Shown: one piece after another, positions 36,445-43,839 of the stretch | Position numbering within the stretch: the first letter of the stretch is position 1 | Layout: the number at the start of each line of letters is the position of its first letter | Source: a virus | Length of the DNA: 54,852 bases | Virus record (IMG/VR): IMGVR_UViG_3300045988_117159 | Reading direction: 5' to 3' (one strand) | The notes under the pieces: model-generated | What the model was told of the DNA's origin: nothing | What the model saw: only the letters and a program-made list of their open reading frames with translations | Database searches by the model: none | Made by a program: the position numbers and the translations under genes

Positions 36445-36726
36445 TTATTTCAATGTTATAACTTTATAATCACCATTTACTTTTTTATCTTGGTCACATA
36501 AAATATAACCTACTTCACAATTAAATATTTCACATAAGCTATACAATGTTTCAGCATCAGGAAGTTTTTTACCATTTTCAATATCACTTAAAGTATTTCT
36601 ACCAATGTGTAATTTTTCAATTAAATCATATTGTGTCATCCTCATTTCTTTTCTATTTTCTTTAATTCTTTTTCCAATTTCTACCATTTTTAATTTATAT
36701 TTCATTTTAAATTTCTCCTTTATCAT
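36445..36726 (-). CDS. XRE-family HTH protein (candidate antitoxin/regulator)
   Basis: IGKRIKENRKEMRMTQYDLIEKLHIGRNTLSDIENGKKLP is a classic Cro/C1-type HTH. ATGA overlap with the MazF-like gene. Confidence 0.8.
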   Translation of the reverse strand: MIKEKFKMKYKLKMVEIGKRIKENRKEMRMTQYDLIEKLHIGRNTLSDIENGKKLPDAETLYSLCEIFNCEVGYILCDQDKKVNGDYKVITLK

Positions 36727-37070
36727 AAATTAAATTGAATTCTCATACTTTGTTTTACTTTATTCACGTTATATTCATTTAAAGATAAAACTTTTTTAAT
36801 TAAAAATTCTTTTGATATCGTGACTGTTTGTTCCGATAATACATAATTATCAATTCCAAAAATTCTAATTTTAGTATGTTGAGGTAAATGGTCTTTTTTA
36901 GTTGTCAATGGAATAACTCCTATTAAATCACAATATTCATTATTCTTATCATTTGATACAACTACTGCCATTCTTCTTCCCTTTTGATAATGTTTATTTT
37001 TGGCTATTGGAAAAACTCTATTAAAATCAATCCAAAACACATCATCATATTTTATTTCATTTGATACCAT
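36723..37070 (-). CDS. mazF: MazF/PemK-family endoribonuclease-like toxin
   Basis: Colinear with EndoA/MazF: DVFWIDF.., GRRMAVVVSND, IGVIPLTTK, LPQHTKI, VLSEQTVTISKEFL. Confidence 0.75.
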   Translation of the reverse strand: MVSNEIKYDDVFWIDFNRVFPIAKNKHYQKGRRMAVVVSNDKNNEYCDLIGVIPLTTKKDHLPQHTKIRIFGIDNYVLSEQTVTISKEFLIKKVLSLNEYNVNKVKQSMRIQFNL

Positions 37071-37198
37071 AGTTTTTTATGTATCTCCTCTTTCATAAAT
37101 TTTTTATAACAAGTTGCTCCCATACCTAATTCAATAGCTTTAGGATTTTTTAATTTTCTTCCACATCTTTTGCAAGTTGTCTGTTTTTGTTCATTCAT
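37052..37198 (-). CDS. DUF6011-like small protein (48 aa), not in the track
   Basis: CKRCGRKLKNPKAIELGMGATCYKK matches the C..CGR.L..P.S...G.G..C pattern. SD GGAGGGAG. Overlaps the MazF-like start by 19 nt. Confidence 0.55.
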   Translation of the reverse strand: MNEQKQTTCKRCGRKLKNPKAIELGMGATCYKKFMKEEIHKKLWYQMK

Positions 37199-37303
37199 TT
37201 ATTCTCCCTCCTTATGTTCATCTAAATAATCAAACACTAACATTGCAATTCCAAAAATTAATAATGGAGTACATAGAATCATTCCTACTTGCATATTTAA
37301 CAT
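37199..37303 (-). CDS. small hydrophobic peptide (34 aa), not in the track
   Basis: MLNMQVGMILCTPLLIFGIAMLVF.. Its stop abuts the next ATG. Confidence 0.35.
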   Translation of the reverse strand: MLNMQVGMILCTPLLIFGIAMLVFDYLDEHKEGE

Positions 37304-37305
37304 AT

Positions 37306-37662
37306 CTAATCACCACATTTCTTTTTACCATATTTTTTACTACCGTATTTTTCATTAAAACATTCTTTACATATTTTGTCATGACCGTTTCCTTTGCTTC
37401 TTTTTCTAAAATATCTAATAGGCTTAATTTCATGACAAACTCTACACTCTAATTCAGTAAGCTTTTCATAATAAATAAATTTAACATCATATCTAGCTTT
37501 GATTAAATTCTCTTCAGATATTGCCTGACTAATTGATTGTGGTGTTCTCCCAAAATAATCAGCCACTTCTTTTCTAGTTCCTACAAAAATACACTCATAA
37601 TCATTTCTTGTATCATAGATTCCATAGATAGCTATATGGTCTGCTTTTCTTTTAATTGACAT
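37306..37662 (-). CDS. NUMOD1-like HTH + zinc-ribbon protein (118 aa)
   Basis: VGTRKEVADYFGRTPQSISQAI HTH, then CRVCH..CKEC. Paralogous segment in 39699..40079. Confidence 0.45.
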   Translation of the reverse strand: MSIKRKADHIAIYGIYDTRNDYECIFVGTRKEVADYFGRTPQSISQAISEENLIKARYDVKFIYYEKLTELECRVCHEIKPIRYFRKRSKGNGHDKICKECFNEKYGSKKYGKKKCGD

Positions 37663-37672
37663 ATTAAATCAC

Positions 37673-37921
37673 CTATCTAAAATCAATGTTACTTTCAAGT
37701 AGAAAAGCAACTTCATATCCTTTCCTATTAATGACAATGTTGTCCATATCATCAATTTCTAGAACAAGCTCTTTTAAATCATATTTAGATTTATTATATT
37801 CGATTGATTCTTTAAATAAATCAATTTCTAAATAATCTTTAAAATCTTCTTCCTTGATATTCATTTGCTTTTTAATATATTGTCTAGCTACATTTGTAAC
37901 TAATACTTTTCTTTCTTCCAT
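37673..37921 (-). CDS. hypothetical protein (82 aa)
   Basis: ORF. Confidence 0.5.
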   Translation of the reverse strand: MEERKVLVTNVARQYIKKQMNIKEEDFKDYLEIDLFKESIEYNKSKYDLKELVLEIDDMDNIVINRKGYEVAFLLESNIDFR

Positions 37922-37940
37922 TTTTCTTATCTCCTTTATA

Positions 37941-38261
37941 TTATCTTGTATATACCATTACATTGATTCTTGGGTTTTCACAAAAGATTGTCTTTTTAGA
38001 TTCAACATATTTAGTTAAATCTAAACCATCAACGATTTCTTGAACTTTTTCAATTAATTCTTCTTTTACATAAAGTACTAAATTTTCACTATATGTATAG
38101 GCATCTTTGTAGCAATCTCTTTCTAATTCTACATCACCTTGTTTTGAAACAAATTCAGTTTTTAATCCTTTGATTTTTCCACTTTTAACTAATTTTGATT
38201 CCTTAACTGCAATTCCATTTCTTTTTAATTCATTTTTTACGATAACTTTTAAACTTTTCAT
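37941..38261 (-). CDS. hypothetical protein (106 aa), first gene behind promoter copy 4
   Basis: ORF directly after the conserved leader. Confidence 0.55.
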   Translation of the reverse strand: MKSLKVIVKNELKRNGIAVKESKLVKSGKIKGLKTEFVSKQGDVELERDCYKDAYTYSENLVLYVKEELIEKVQEIVDGLDLTKYVESKKTIFCENPRINVMVYTR

Positions 38262-38312
38262 TTTATGTACCTCTTCTTTCTTTATTTATGTTACTTCCTT
38301 AACTTCATATAT

Positions 38313-38341
38313 AGTATAACATATTGTTATACATATGTAAA
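38313..38341 (-). promoter_or_regulatory. Early promoter cassette copy 4 (-35 TTTACA 38341..38336, -10 TATACT 38318..38313)
   Basis: Spacer identical to copy 1. Confidence 0.7.
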
Positions 38342-38378
38342 GTGTTTTGGGTAAAGTTTTTTATTTTTTTAAATAAAA

Positions 38379-38398
38379 AGCTAGAAATTATTCTAGCT
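38379..38398 (-). terminator. Rho-independent terminator type II (AGCTAGAA-TAAT-TTCTAGCT followed by a T run)
   Basis: 8-bp stem containing the TAG stop of the delta-like gene. Same hairpin as at 43816. Confidence 0.7.
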
Positions 38399-39334
38399 CA
38401 AACATTTAACAACTAAATAATCTAATGCTATAGACTCATCAATCTTACCTAGTTTTATTCCACTTTCAACAAATTGACAAATGCCTAAATTTCTAATCAG
38501 CTCTTTAATTGAATATCCTCCAACCAGTTTTGAGCATCCATAAGCTTCACCTTTTGTTAAACCTGTTTTTTCACAAACACCTTTTTTATTATTCCCAACT
38601 GATTGATAAGCTAACTGATTTCTAAATCCGTTGTATAGTATACTTGCAATCATAATAGCAGGTTCTCCTTTTTGTTTTGCTTCATTTAATTTTATAATCG
38701 CTTTATCACTATAACCACCTAAAATAGCATTAGTTAATTCAAAAGTAATATCTCCAATTTCTTTGAAAAATATCCCTTGTTTATCCAAGATTTCAAAAGA
38801 TTCATTATTATCTTTTTTATTAAAATTAGAATATTGTTTTATCTTATCACATTCCAATAAGATTCTTCCATAGTCATTACTACAATAATCAATCAATTTA
38901 TCACAATTAGCCTCATTCAAATTAGGCAGCTCTTTTAGCACATAATTAATAAGAATATCATTTGTTAAATAATTAAATTCTACTGCATTTGATTTATTAC
39001 TTGTATAGAATTTGTTTCTCTTATCTAGTTTATGATATTTTAAAATTAATAAATCTTTTTTATTATTAAAAGTATTTTTTACAGTTGCCCAAGATTTCTC
39101 ATTTTTAATAAAATCTAAATCTTCACTAATAATATAGGCTTTTTTAGATTTATCTAATGATTTCATATTTACTTTATTCAAAGCAAAAATAACTGATTGA
39201 CACTCTATTTTTGTATAATTTTTTGAAATAATATCAATGTAATTATCTAATATACATTGTTCCTCTCCAAATAGAATTAAAAAATGCGGTAATGTCTTGT
39301 CTTTTATATGATTTCTTAAATCTATTAATTCCAT
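38393..39334 (-). CDS. holA: clamp loader delta subunit-like (HolA-like)
   Basis: N-terminus ..LPHFLILFGEEQCILDNYID.. resembles HolA (YLLYGEE). 313 aa. In an operon with gamma/tau and delta'. Confidence 0.55.
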   Translation of the reverse strand: MELIDLRNHIKDKTLPHFLILFGEEQCILDNYIDIISKNYTKIECQSVIFALNKVNMKSLDKSKKAYIISEDLDFIKNEKSWATVKNTFNNKKDLLILKYHKLDKRNKFYTSNKSNAVEFNYLTNDILINYVLKELPNLNEANCDKLIDYCSNDYGRILLECDKIKQYSNFNKKDNNESFEILDKQGIFFKEIGDITFELTNAILGGYSDKAIIKLNEAKQKGEPAIMIASILYNGFRNQLAYQSVGNNKKGVCEKTGLTKGEAYGCSKLVGGYSIKELIRNLGICQFVESGIKLGKIDESIALDYLVVKCLS

Positions 39335-39711
39335 TAGAATAATCCTCTTTTCTTAATAGTTTTCTTGTTCTTATTTTGTTTCCTATCACTTAAAAATAAT
39401 TTATATGCACAAATATTATCTAAATAATCATAATCTTTTGGAGTTAATCTTTTTGGTAAATCAAATCCTGTATTTCCGTCAAAATCATACATCATATAAC
39501 CATAAGTTGTATCCCTTTTAACGTCATATCTTCTACTTTTATTTAACTCTTTTTGCATCTTTACAAGTTCACGAGAAATAGAATCGTAATAATTATTAGT
39601 TAAGAAAGATTTATCATATTCATAATACATTATACAATTAAGGATTATCTTACGTTGATAATAATTTATTTTTGCTAATAAATCCCAATCTTTAAAAGCT
39701 ACTTTTTCCAT
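39334..39711 (-). CDS. hypothetical protein (125 aa) inside the clamp-loader operon
   Basis: ORF. Basic C-terminus ending KKRGLF. Confidence 0.5.
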   Translation of the reverse strand: MEKVAFKDWDLLAKINYYQRKIILNCIMYYEYDKSFLTNNYYDSISRELVKMQKELNKSRRYDVKRDTTYGYMMYDFDGNTGFDLPKRLTPKDYDYLDNICAYKLFLSDRKQNKNKKTIKKRGLF

Positions 39712-40079
39712 TTTGTATACATATCCTTATATTTTTTTCTAAATACATTATAGTCAATAGGAATTAATTCTAGATAATACTCATGATTAATTGGTCTATT
39801 TAGTAATAAAGCATTTCTTACATTATAAGAGGTTGTATTAATTTCATCAGCAACTTCTTTACACGAGCCAACAAATAACTCTTTTTTAGTCATTACATCC
39901 CTAACTCTAATTACTCTTGATGTTCTAGGATTACCGTAATAATTAGTCTGCAAAAGTAAAGGATAATCTTGATAAGTGGTTTCTCCACCAAATTCTTTAA
40001 ATTCTTTTATAGATGGTGCCCTACAAAATTCAGTCCAAAAATTATATAATAATTCCTCATTAAATGATTTAAAGTTCAT
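39699..40079 (-). CDS. NUMOD1-like HTH protein (126 aa)
   Basis: VGSCKEVADEINTTSYNVRNAL segment parallels 37306..37662. Confidence 0.4.
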   Translation of the reverse strand: MNFKSFNEELLYNFWTEFCRAPSIKEFKEFGGETTYQDYPLLLQTNYYGNPRTSRVIRVRDVMTKKELFVGSCKEVADEINTTSYNVRNALLLNRPINHEYYLELIPIDYNVFRKKYKDMYTKWKK

Positions 40080-40093
40080 TGATTAAACCCTCC

Positions 40094-40876
40094 TTAAACT
40101 TTATAATTGAAATAAATATCAATTAACATTCTATCAACTAAATAATAATTATTAAGTGATTTATTATCTAGTTGTGACTGCATATTAGAAATTAAATTTA
40201 TTGTTTCTTTTGATAATAATTCTTTATGATTCATTAAATTTAATAAAAATAATTTCATAAATTTTTCAATGCTCATTGATTCTTGATTTTTAAATGGTTT
40301 TAATTCTCTTGTCAATCTTAATAATTTTGTTCCATTTTTTTGACATATTGATTCAATAATATCTAATGAAAAATTATTGTATTTATCAACTTCATCAACA
40401 TCCTTCCAATTTTGAATATCATAAAAATTTGCACATACTTTTAAAATTTCTTTTGATTCACATTTCAAAGATAACTCTTCAAATGAATAAGGTTCCATAT
40501 GAAGCATCGTTCCACGACTTTTGATTGTACCCAGCATTCTATCATCATTATTAATTGTCATGATAAAGTAAGCATTTTTTGGTGGTTCTTCCACTACTTT
40601 TAATAAGGCATTTTTAGCATTCACGCTCATATTATCACAGTCTCTAAAAATACATAGTAATTTATCATTCATTGTATTTACATATTCTATGCAGTTTCTT
40701 ACATCATTAATAGAATTGTCAAAAATTAAACATCTAGCATTTATCACATTTCCAATAACTTTTGCTAATGTAAACCTGCCACTTCCTTTAGATCCACTAA
40801 TAATGATAAATCTAGGAACTGCTCTATTTAATCTCCAATTTTTAACTATTTCAATATTGTTCTTTTGACCAATCAT
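40094..40876 (-). CDS. holB: clamp loader delta' subunit-like AAA+ protein
   Basis: ISGSKGSGRFTLAK P-loop-like, ALLKVVEEPP, TIKSRGT sensor motif. Confidence 0.65.
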   Translation of the reverse strand: MIGQKNNIEIVKNWRLNRAVPRFIIISGSKGSGRFTLAKVIGNVINARCLIFDNSINDVRNCIEYVNTMNDKLLCIFRDCDNMSVNAKNALLKVVEEPPKNAYFIMTINNDDRMLGTIKSRGTMLHMEPYSFEELSLKCESKEILKVCANFYDIQNWKDVDEVDKYNNFSLDIIESICQKNGTKLLRLTRELKPFKNQESMSIEKFMKLFLLNLMNHKELLSKETINLISNMQSQLDNKSLNNYYLVDRMLIDIYFNYKV

Positions 40877-40880
40877 AATT

Positions 40881-41894
40881 TTAACCTCTACAATAATTAA
40901 TTATCATCATTTCAATAATTTCTTTTGGTTCATTATTCCATTTGATTGTGTTTGTAATATCAAGCATTAAATCAAGAATACTATAAATATCATCACCTAT
41001 AATGCTCTCAATTTTTTCTTGATTCTCATTTGTAAATGGGATTGAAATATATTTGAAACTTTTAAAGATATAATATTTTGTTAAATCTAAAATAAATTTG
41101 CTAAAATCTTTGATAAATAATTTTAAATCTTTTCCGTCATTAAAAATTGATTCTACAATTTCAATAGATTTTTTAGTGTCTTGATTTCTTAAATTTTCCA
41201 CAAAATCAAATAAAATATCATAATCAGCTCCACCTACTGTATCTAGTACATTTTTAATAGTTAATTCTTTTGATAAAGATAGACATTTATCTAATAAAGT
41301 AATAGAATCACGCATCCCACCATTTACAATTTTAGCAATATACTCTAATGCTTCATTTTCATAATTTACAATTTTTTCTCTTTCTAAAATAAATTGCAAT
41401 CTTCTTACAATTCCATCATTACTGATTTTATTGAATTGATACCTTTGAACTCTTGATAAAATTGTATTTGGAATCTTTTGTTGGTCAGTTGTGCATAAAA
41501 TAAAAATTGAAAATTTAGGTGATTCTTCTAAAGTTTTTAATAGAGCCTGCCAAGCCCCATTAGATAAGCTATGGCATTCATCAATAATAAATATCTTATA
41601 TTCACAATCCAATGGTTTCTTTTTAGCATCATCAATAATATTTCTAATATTATCAACCCCACTATTTGACGCAGCATCAACTTCAATAGGATTTCCTTCA
41701 CCTTGATTTATCATGTTAGCAAAGATTCTTGCTGATGTTGTTTTTCCTGTTCCTGCAGGACCAGTAAATAAATATCCATGTTGAAATGTTTTTGTTTTAA
41801 TTTGATTAGTTAAAATATCCTTGATAGCTGACTGTTCAGTCATGTCATCAAAATTTTTAGGTCTATATTTAACTGCTAGTGGTTGTCTTGCCAT
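40881..41894 (-). CDS. dnaX: DNA polymerase III gamma/tau-like clamp loader ATPase
   Basis: YRPKNFDDM, GPAGTGKTT, IIDECH, LLKTLEE, SRVQRYQF. Confidence 0.9.
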   Translation of the reverse strand: MARQPLAVKYRPKNFDDMTEQSAIKDILTNQIKTKTFQHGYLFTGPAGTGKTTSARIFANMINQGEGNPIEVDAASNSGVDNIRNIIDDAKKKPLDCEYKIFIIDECHSLSNGAWQALLKTLEESPKFSIFILCTTDQQKIPNTILSRVQRYQFNKISNDGIVRRLQFILEREKIVNYENEALEYIAKIVNGGMRDSITLLDKCLSLSKELTIKNVLDTVGGADYDILFDFVENLRNQDTKKSIEIVESIFNDGKDLKLFIKDFSKFILDLTKYYIFKSFKYISIPFTNENQEKIESIIGDDIYSILDLMLDITNTIKWNNEPKEIIEMMIINYCRG

Positions 41895-42022
41895 TATTTT
41901 TCTCCTCTCATTAAGATTTCCGCTAAATCTAATTCTAATTTTCTAGTTTTTACAACATCATAAGAACTATTATCTTTTGACATACTATTTAATTGCTGAT
42001 ACCTTTGTAATAATTCTTCCAT
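41894..42022 (-). CDS. small ORF (42 aa), not in the track
   Basis: TAATG coupling to the dnaX-like start. Confidence 0.35.
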   Translation of the reverse strand: MEELLQRYQQLNSMSKDNSSYDVVKTRKLELDLAEILMRGEK

Positions 42023-42032
42023 TAATTCTTTT

Positions 42033-42395
42033 TTATTCTTCGTTTCCATATAAACTTCCTTCATAACATAAATTACTTTCTTTATATTTTAAATAATCTC
42101 TAAATTGCTGTTCGTTCAAAATAAAGAAATTTTCCCCATTTGGTTCAAAATTAAAAGCTACAACACTTTCCTCTTTATTTTGTTCAAAAGCCTGTTCCTC
42201 GGCTTTTTGTATCCATTCTTTTTTAATTGAAAATGATTTTCTATCTTTTGTTGAAGTTTTAGCTTCAATTAAAAAATATTCAGTTACAACATCACCTCCA
42301 CTAAATTTTGTTCCACCACTATTAGGTTGAACTTTACCACTTAATAATTTTGATAAATATTTTTCTTGACTTGTACTAAAATCTCTTGTTGTCAT
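42033..42395 (-). CDS. PD-(D/E)XK-type nuclease (Hjc/resolvase-like)
   Basis: ..NSGGTKFSGGDVVTEYFLIEAKTS.. fits the D...E.K nuclease core. Confidence 0.45.
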   Translation of the reverse strand: MTTRDFSTSQEKYLSKLLSGKVQPNSGGTKFSGGDVVTEYFLIEAKTSTKDRKSFSIKKEWIQKAEEQAFEQNKEESVVAFNFEPNGENFFILNEQQFRDYLKYKESNLCYEGSLYGNEE

Positions 42396-42410
42396 TTTCT
42401 AATACCTCTC

Positions 42411-42650
42411 TTATTGTAGCCATATTCTTGGTGAATCATCTTCTTTTGTATCAATAATTTCTAATGTGTTAAAACCATTGCAAGTTCTTTGTAGCCTTGC
42501 CTTAACTCTACTTGCAACTTTTAATGATTTATAGACTTTGATACACCCATACCCATATTTAGGTTTTTCAAAGATTGCATATTTTTCATATTGAACAATA
42601 TAATCCTTTCCTGTATAATATTCACCCTGTTCATTCTTAATAACGTACAT
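42411..42650 (-). CDS. hypothetical protein (79 aa)
   Basis: ORF. Confidence 0.5.
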   Translation of the reverse strand: MYVIKNEQGEYYTGKDYIVQYEKYAIFEKPKYGYGCIKVYKSLKVASRVKARLQRTCNGFNTLEIIDTKEDDSPRIWLQ

Positions 42651-42792
42651 TTCTTACTCTCCTTTTCAATTCTCCATTTTTAAGTCTAGCTCCTCTAGAT
42701 TCTCCTTTTGGAGTTAGTAATATTCTAAAGGGTTGATTCTCTTTAAAATCATACCCTTTAAAACGATTTATCTTATTAAATATATTTTTCAT
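42637..42792 (-). CDS. small basic ORF (51 aa), not in the track
   Basis: TAATG coupling with the upstream gene. Overlaps the next start by 14 nt. Confidence 0.35.
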   Translation of the reverse strand: MKNIFNKINRFKGYDFKENQPFRILLTPKGESRGARLKNGELKRRVRNVRY

Positions 42793-43052
42793 TAATCCAC
42801 CTCTAATTTTTCAACTTGTTCTTTAGTAAAGAAAGCTAATAGTTTTAAAAAGTAATTTTGAGTTTCAACTTCTTCACCTTTTTCATTTTCTACTTTTTTA
42901 GTAGTTCTTTTCCAAATAGAAATTTTATGTTTTGATTTTTCACCTTTTTTAACTTTATAACCAAGTCTTTTCCATTCAGCAAAAGTATGTAATTCTATAC
43001 TTGGTTCTAGTTCATTCATTGCTATATATCTTGATATGATTTCTTTATTACA
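42792..43052 (-). CDS. small protein with an ArdC-N-like motif (86 aa from the ATG at 43052)
   Basis: GAGGAGG SD before ATG 43052. HTFAEWKRLGYKVKKGEKS resembles the ArdC/DUF1738 ssDNA-binding motif (TF.QW..LG..VKKGEK). Confidence 0.35.
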   Translation of the reverse strand, partial: CNKEIISRYIAMNELEPSIELHTFAEWKRLGYKVKKGEKSKHKISIWKRTTKKVENEKGEEVETQNYFLKLLAFFTKEQVEKLEVD

Positions 43053-43056
43053 CATT

Positions 43057-43377
43057 CTACTTACCTCCTCTAAATGTTTTAACAGCAATACCCATATCAT
43101 TTAAGTTAAATAAATTATAATAAGGTTCTTCTTGATTGTTAAGATAGTCCATCACCATTTGTTGTGAAATTAATTCTTTAATTTTTTCTTTTCCAATGAA
43201 TCTAATTTCTTTATTTCCTATAGTGTCTACAACTGAATCATAACAAGAATTTAATAAATCTAATAAACTTGGTACTTCTTCCACACCATCTTCACAAGCA
43301 TTCATCCAACCACATACTTCAAATCTAATAAATTTTCTTGTTAATATAACTGTTCTTTCTTGTAATTTATTTTCCAT
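43057..43377 (-). CDS. hypothetical protein (106 aa)
   Basis: ORF preceded by the leader-like GGTAAGGTACATAAAGATG. Confidence 0.5.
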   Translation of the reverse strand: MENKLQERTVILTRKFIRFEVCGWMNACEDGVEEVPSLLDLLNSCYDSVVDTIGNKEIRFIGKEKIKELISQQMVMDYLNNQEEPYYNLFNLNDMGIAVKTFRGGK

Positions 43378-43398
43378 CTTTATGTACCTTACCTTTCC

Positions 43399-43701
43399 TT
43401 ATGCTAATAATCCACGATTTTTCATTTCTTTTCTTACTGCATTAATGATTTTTCTATATGAGATAAAGTTTCCTTCTTCATCTTCTAATTCATTAGAATC
43501 ATTCAAATATAAATTAACATTATTTTCATTTGAATAGTCGTTTAGCATGTAAATGACATCTTCTTTAAAATCTTGTGAATCTTGACCATAAGCTTCTAGC
43601 ATATCAGTCCATGTTTCAATTCCCCAATCTTGATAATATCCTGTTAATTCTTTTTCTTGTTCGTCAACAATAATTTTTACTACTAATTCAAATTTTTTCA
43701 T
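43399..43701 (-). CDS. hypothetical acidic protein (100 aa), first gene behind promoter copy 5
   Basis: ORF directly after the cassette. D/E-rich. Confidence 0.55.
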   Translation of the reverse strand: MKKFELVVKIIVDEQEKELTGYYQDWGIETWTDMLEAYGQDSQDFKEDVIYMLNDYSNENNVNLYLNDSNELEDEEGNFISYRKIINAVRKEMKNRGLLA

Positions 43702-43747
43702 TTTATGTACCTCTCTTTTTTATGTATCTCTTTCTTACTTCATATAT

Positions 43748-43776
43748 AGTATAACATATGTATAACAATATGTAAA
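43748..43776 (-). promoter_or_regulatory. Early promoter cassette copy 5 (-35 TTTACA 43776..43771, -10 TATACT 43753..43748, flipped spacer as in copy 2)
   Basis: Same hexamers. The spacer is TATTGTTATACATATGT. Confidence 0.7.
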
Positions 43777-43815
43777 TAGTTTTGGGTAAAGTTTTTTTAT
43801 TTTTTTTTAAATAAA

Positions 43816-43839
43816 AAAGCTAGAAATTATTCTAGCTTT
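43816..43839 (-). terminator. Rho-independent terminator type II (same hairpin as 38379..38398)
   Basis: AGCTAGAA-TAAT-TTCTAGCT plus A/T extension, containing the TAG stop of recA. Confidence 0.7.

Noticed and set aside
36445-36726. XRE-HTH protein as a CI-like lysogeny repressor
   Set aside because: There is no integrase and no divergent cro-like gene or promoter. It is co-directional and translationally coupled to the MazF-like gene, so an antitoxin or regulator role is more plausible.
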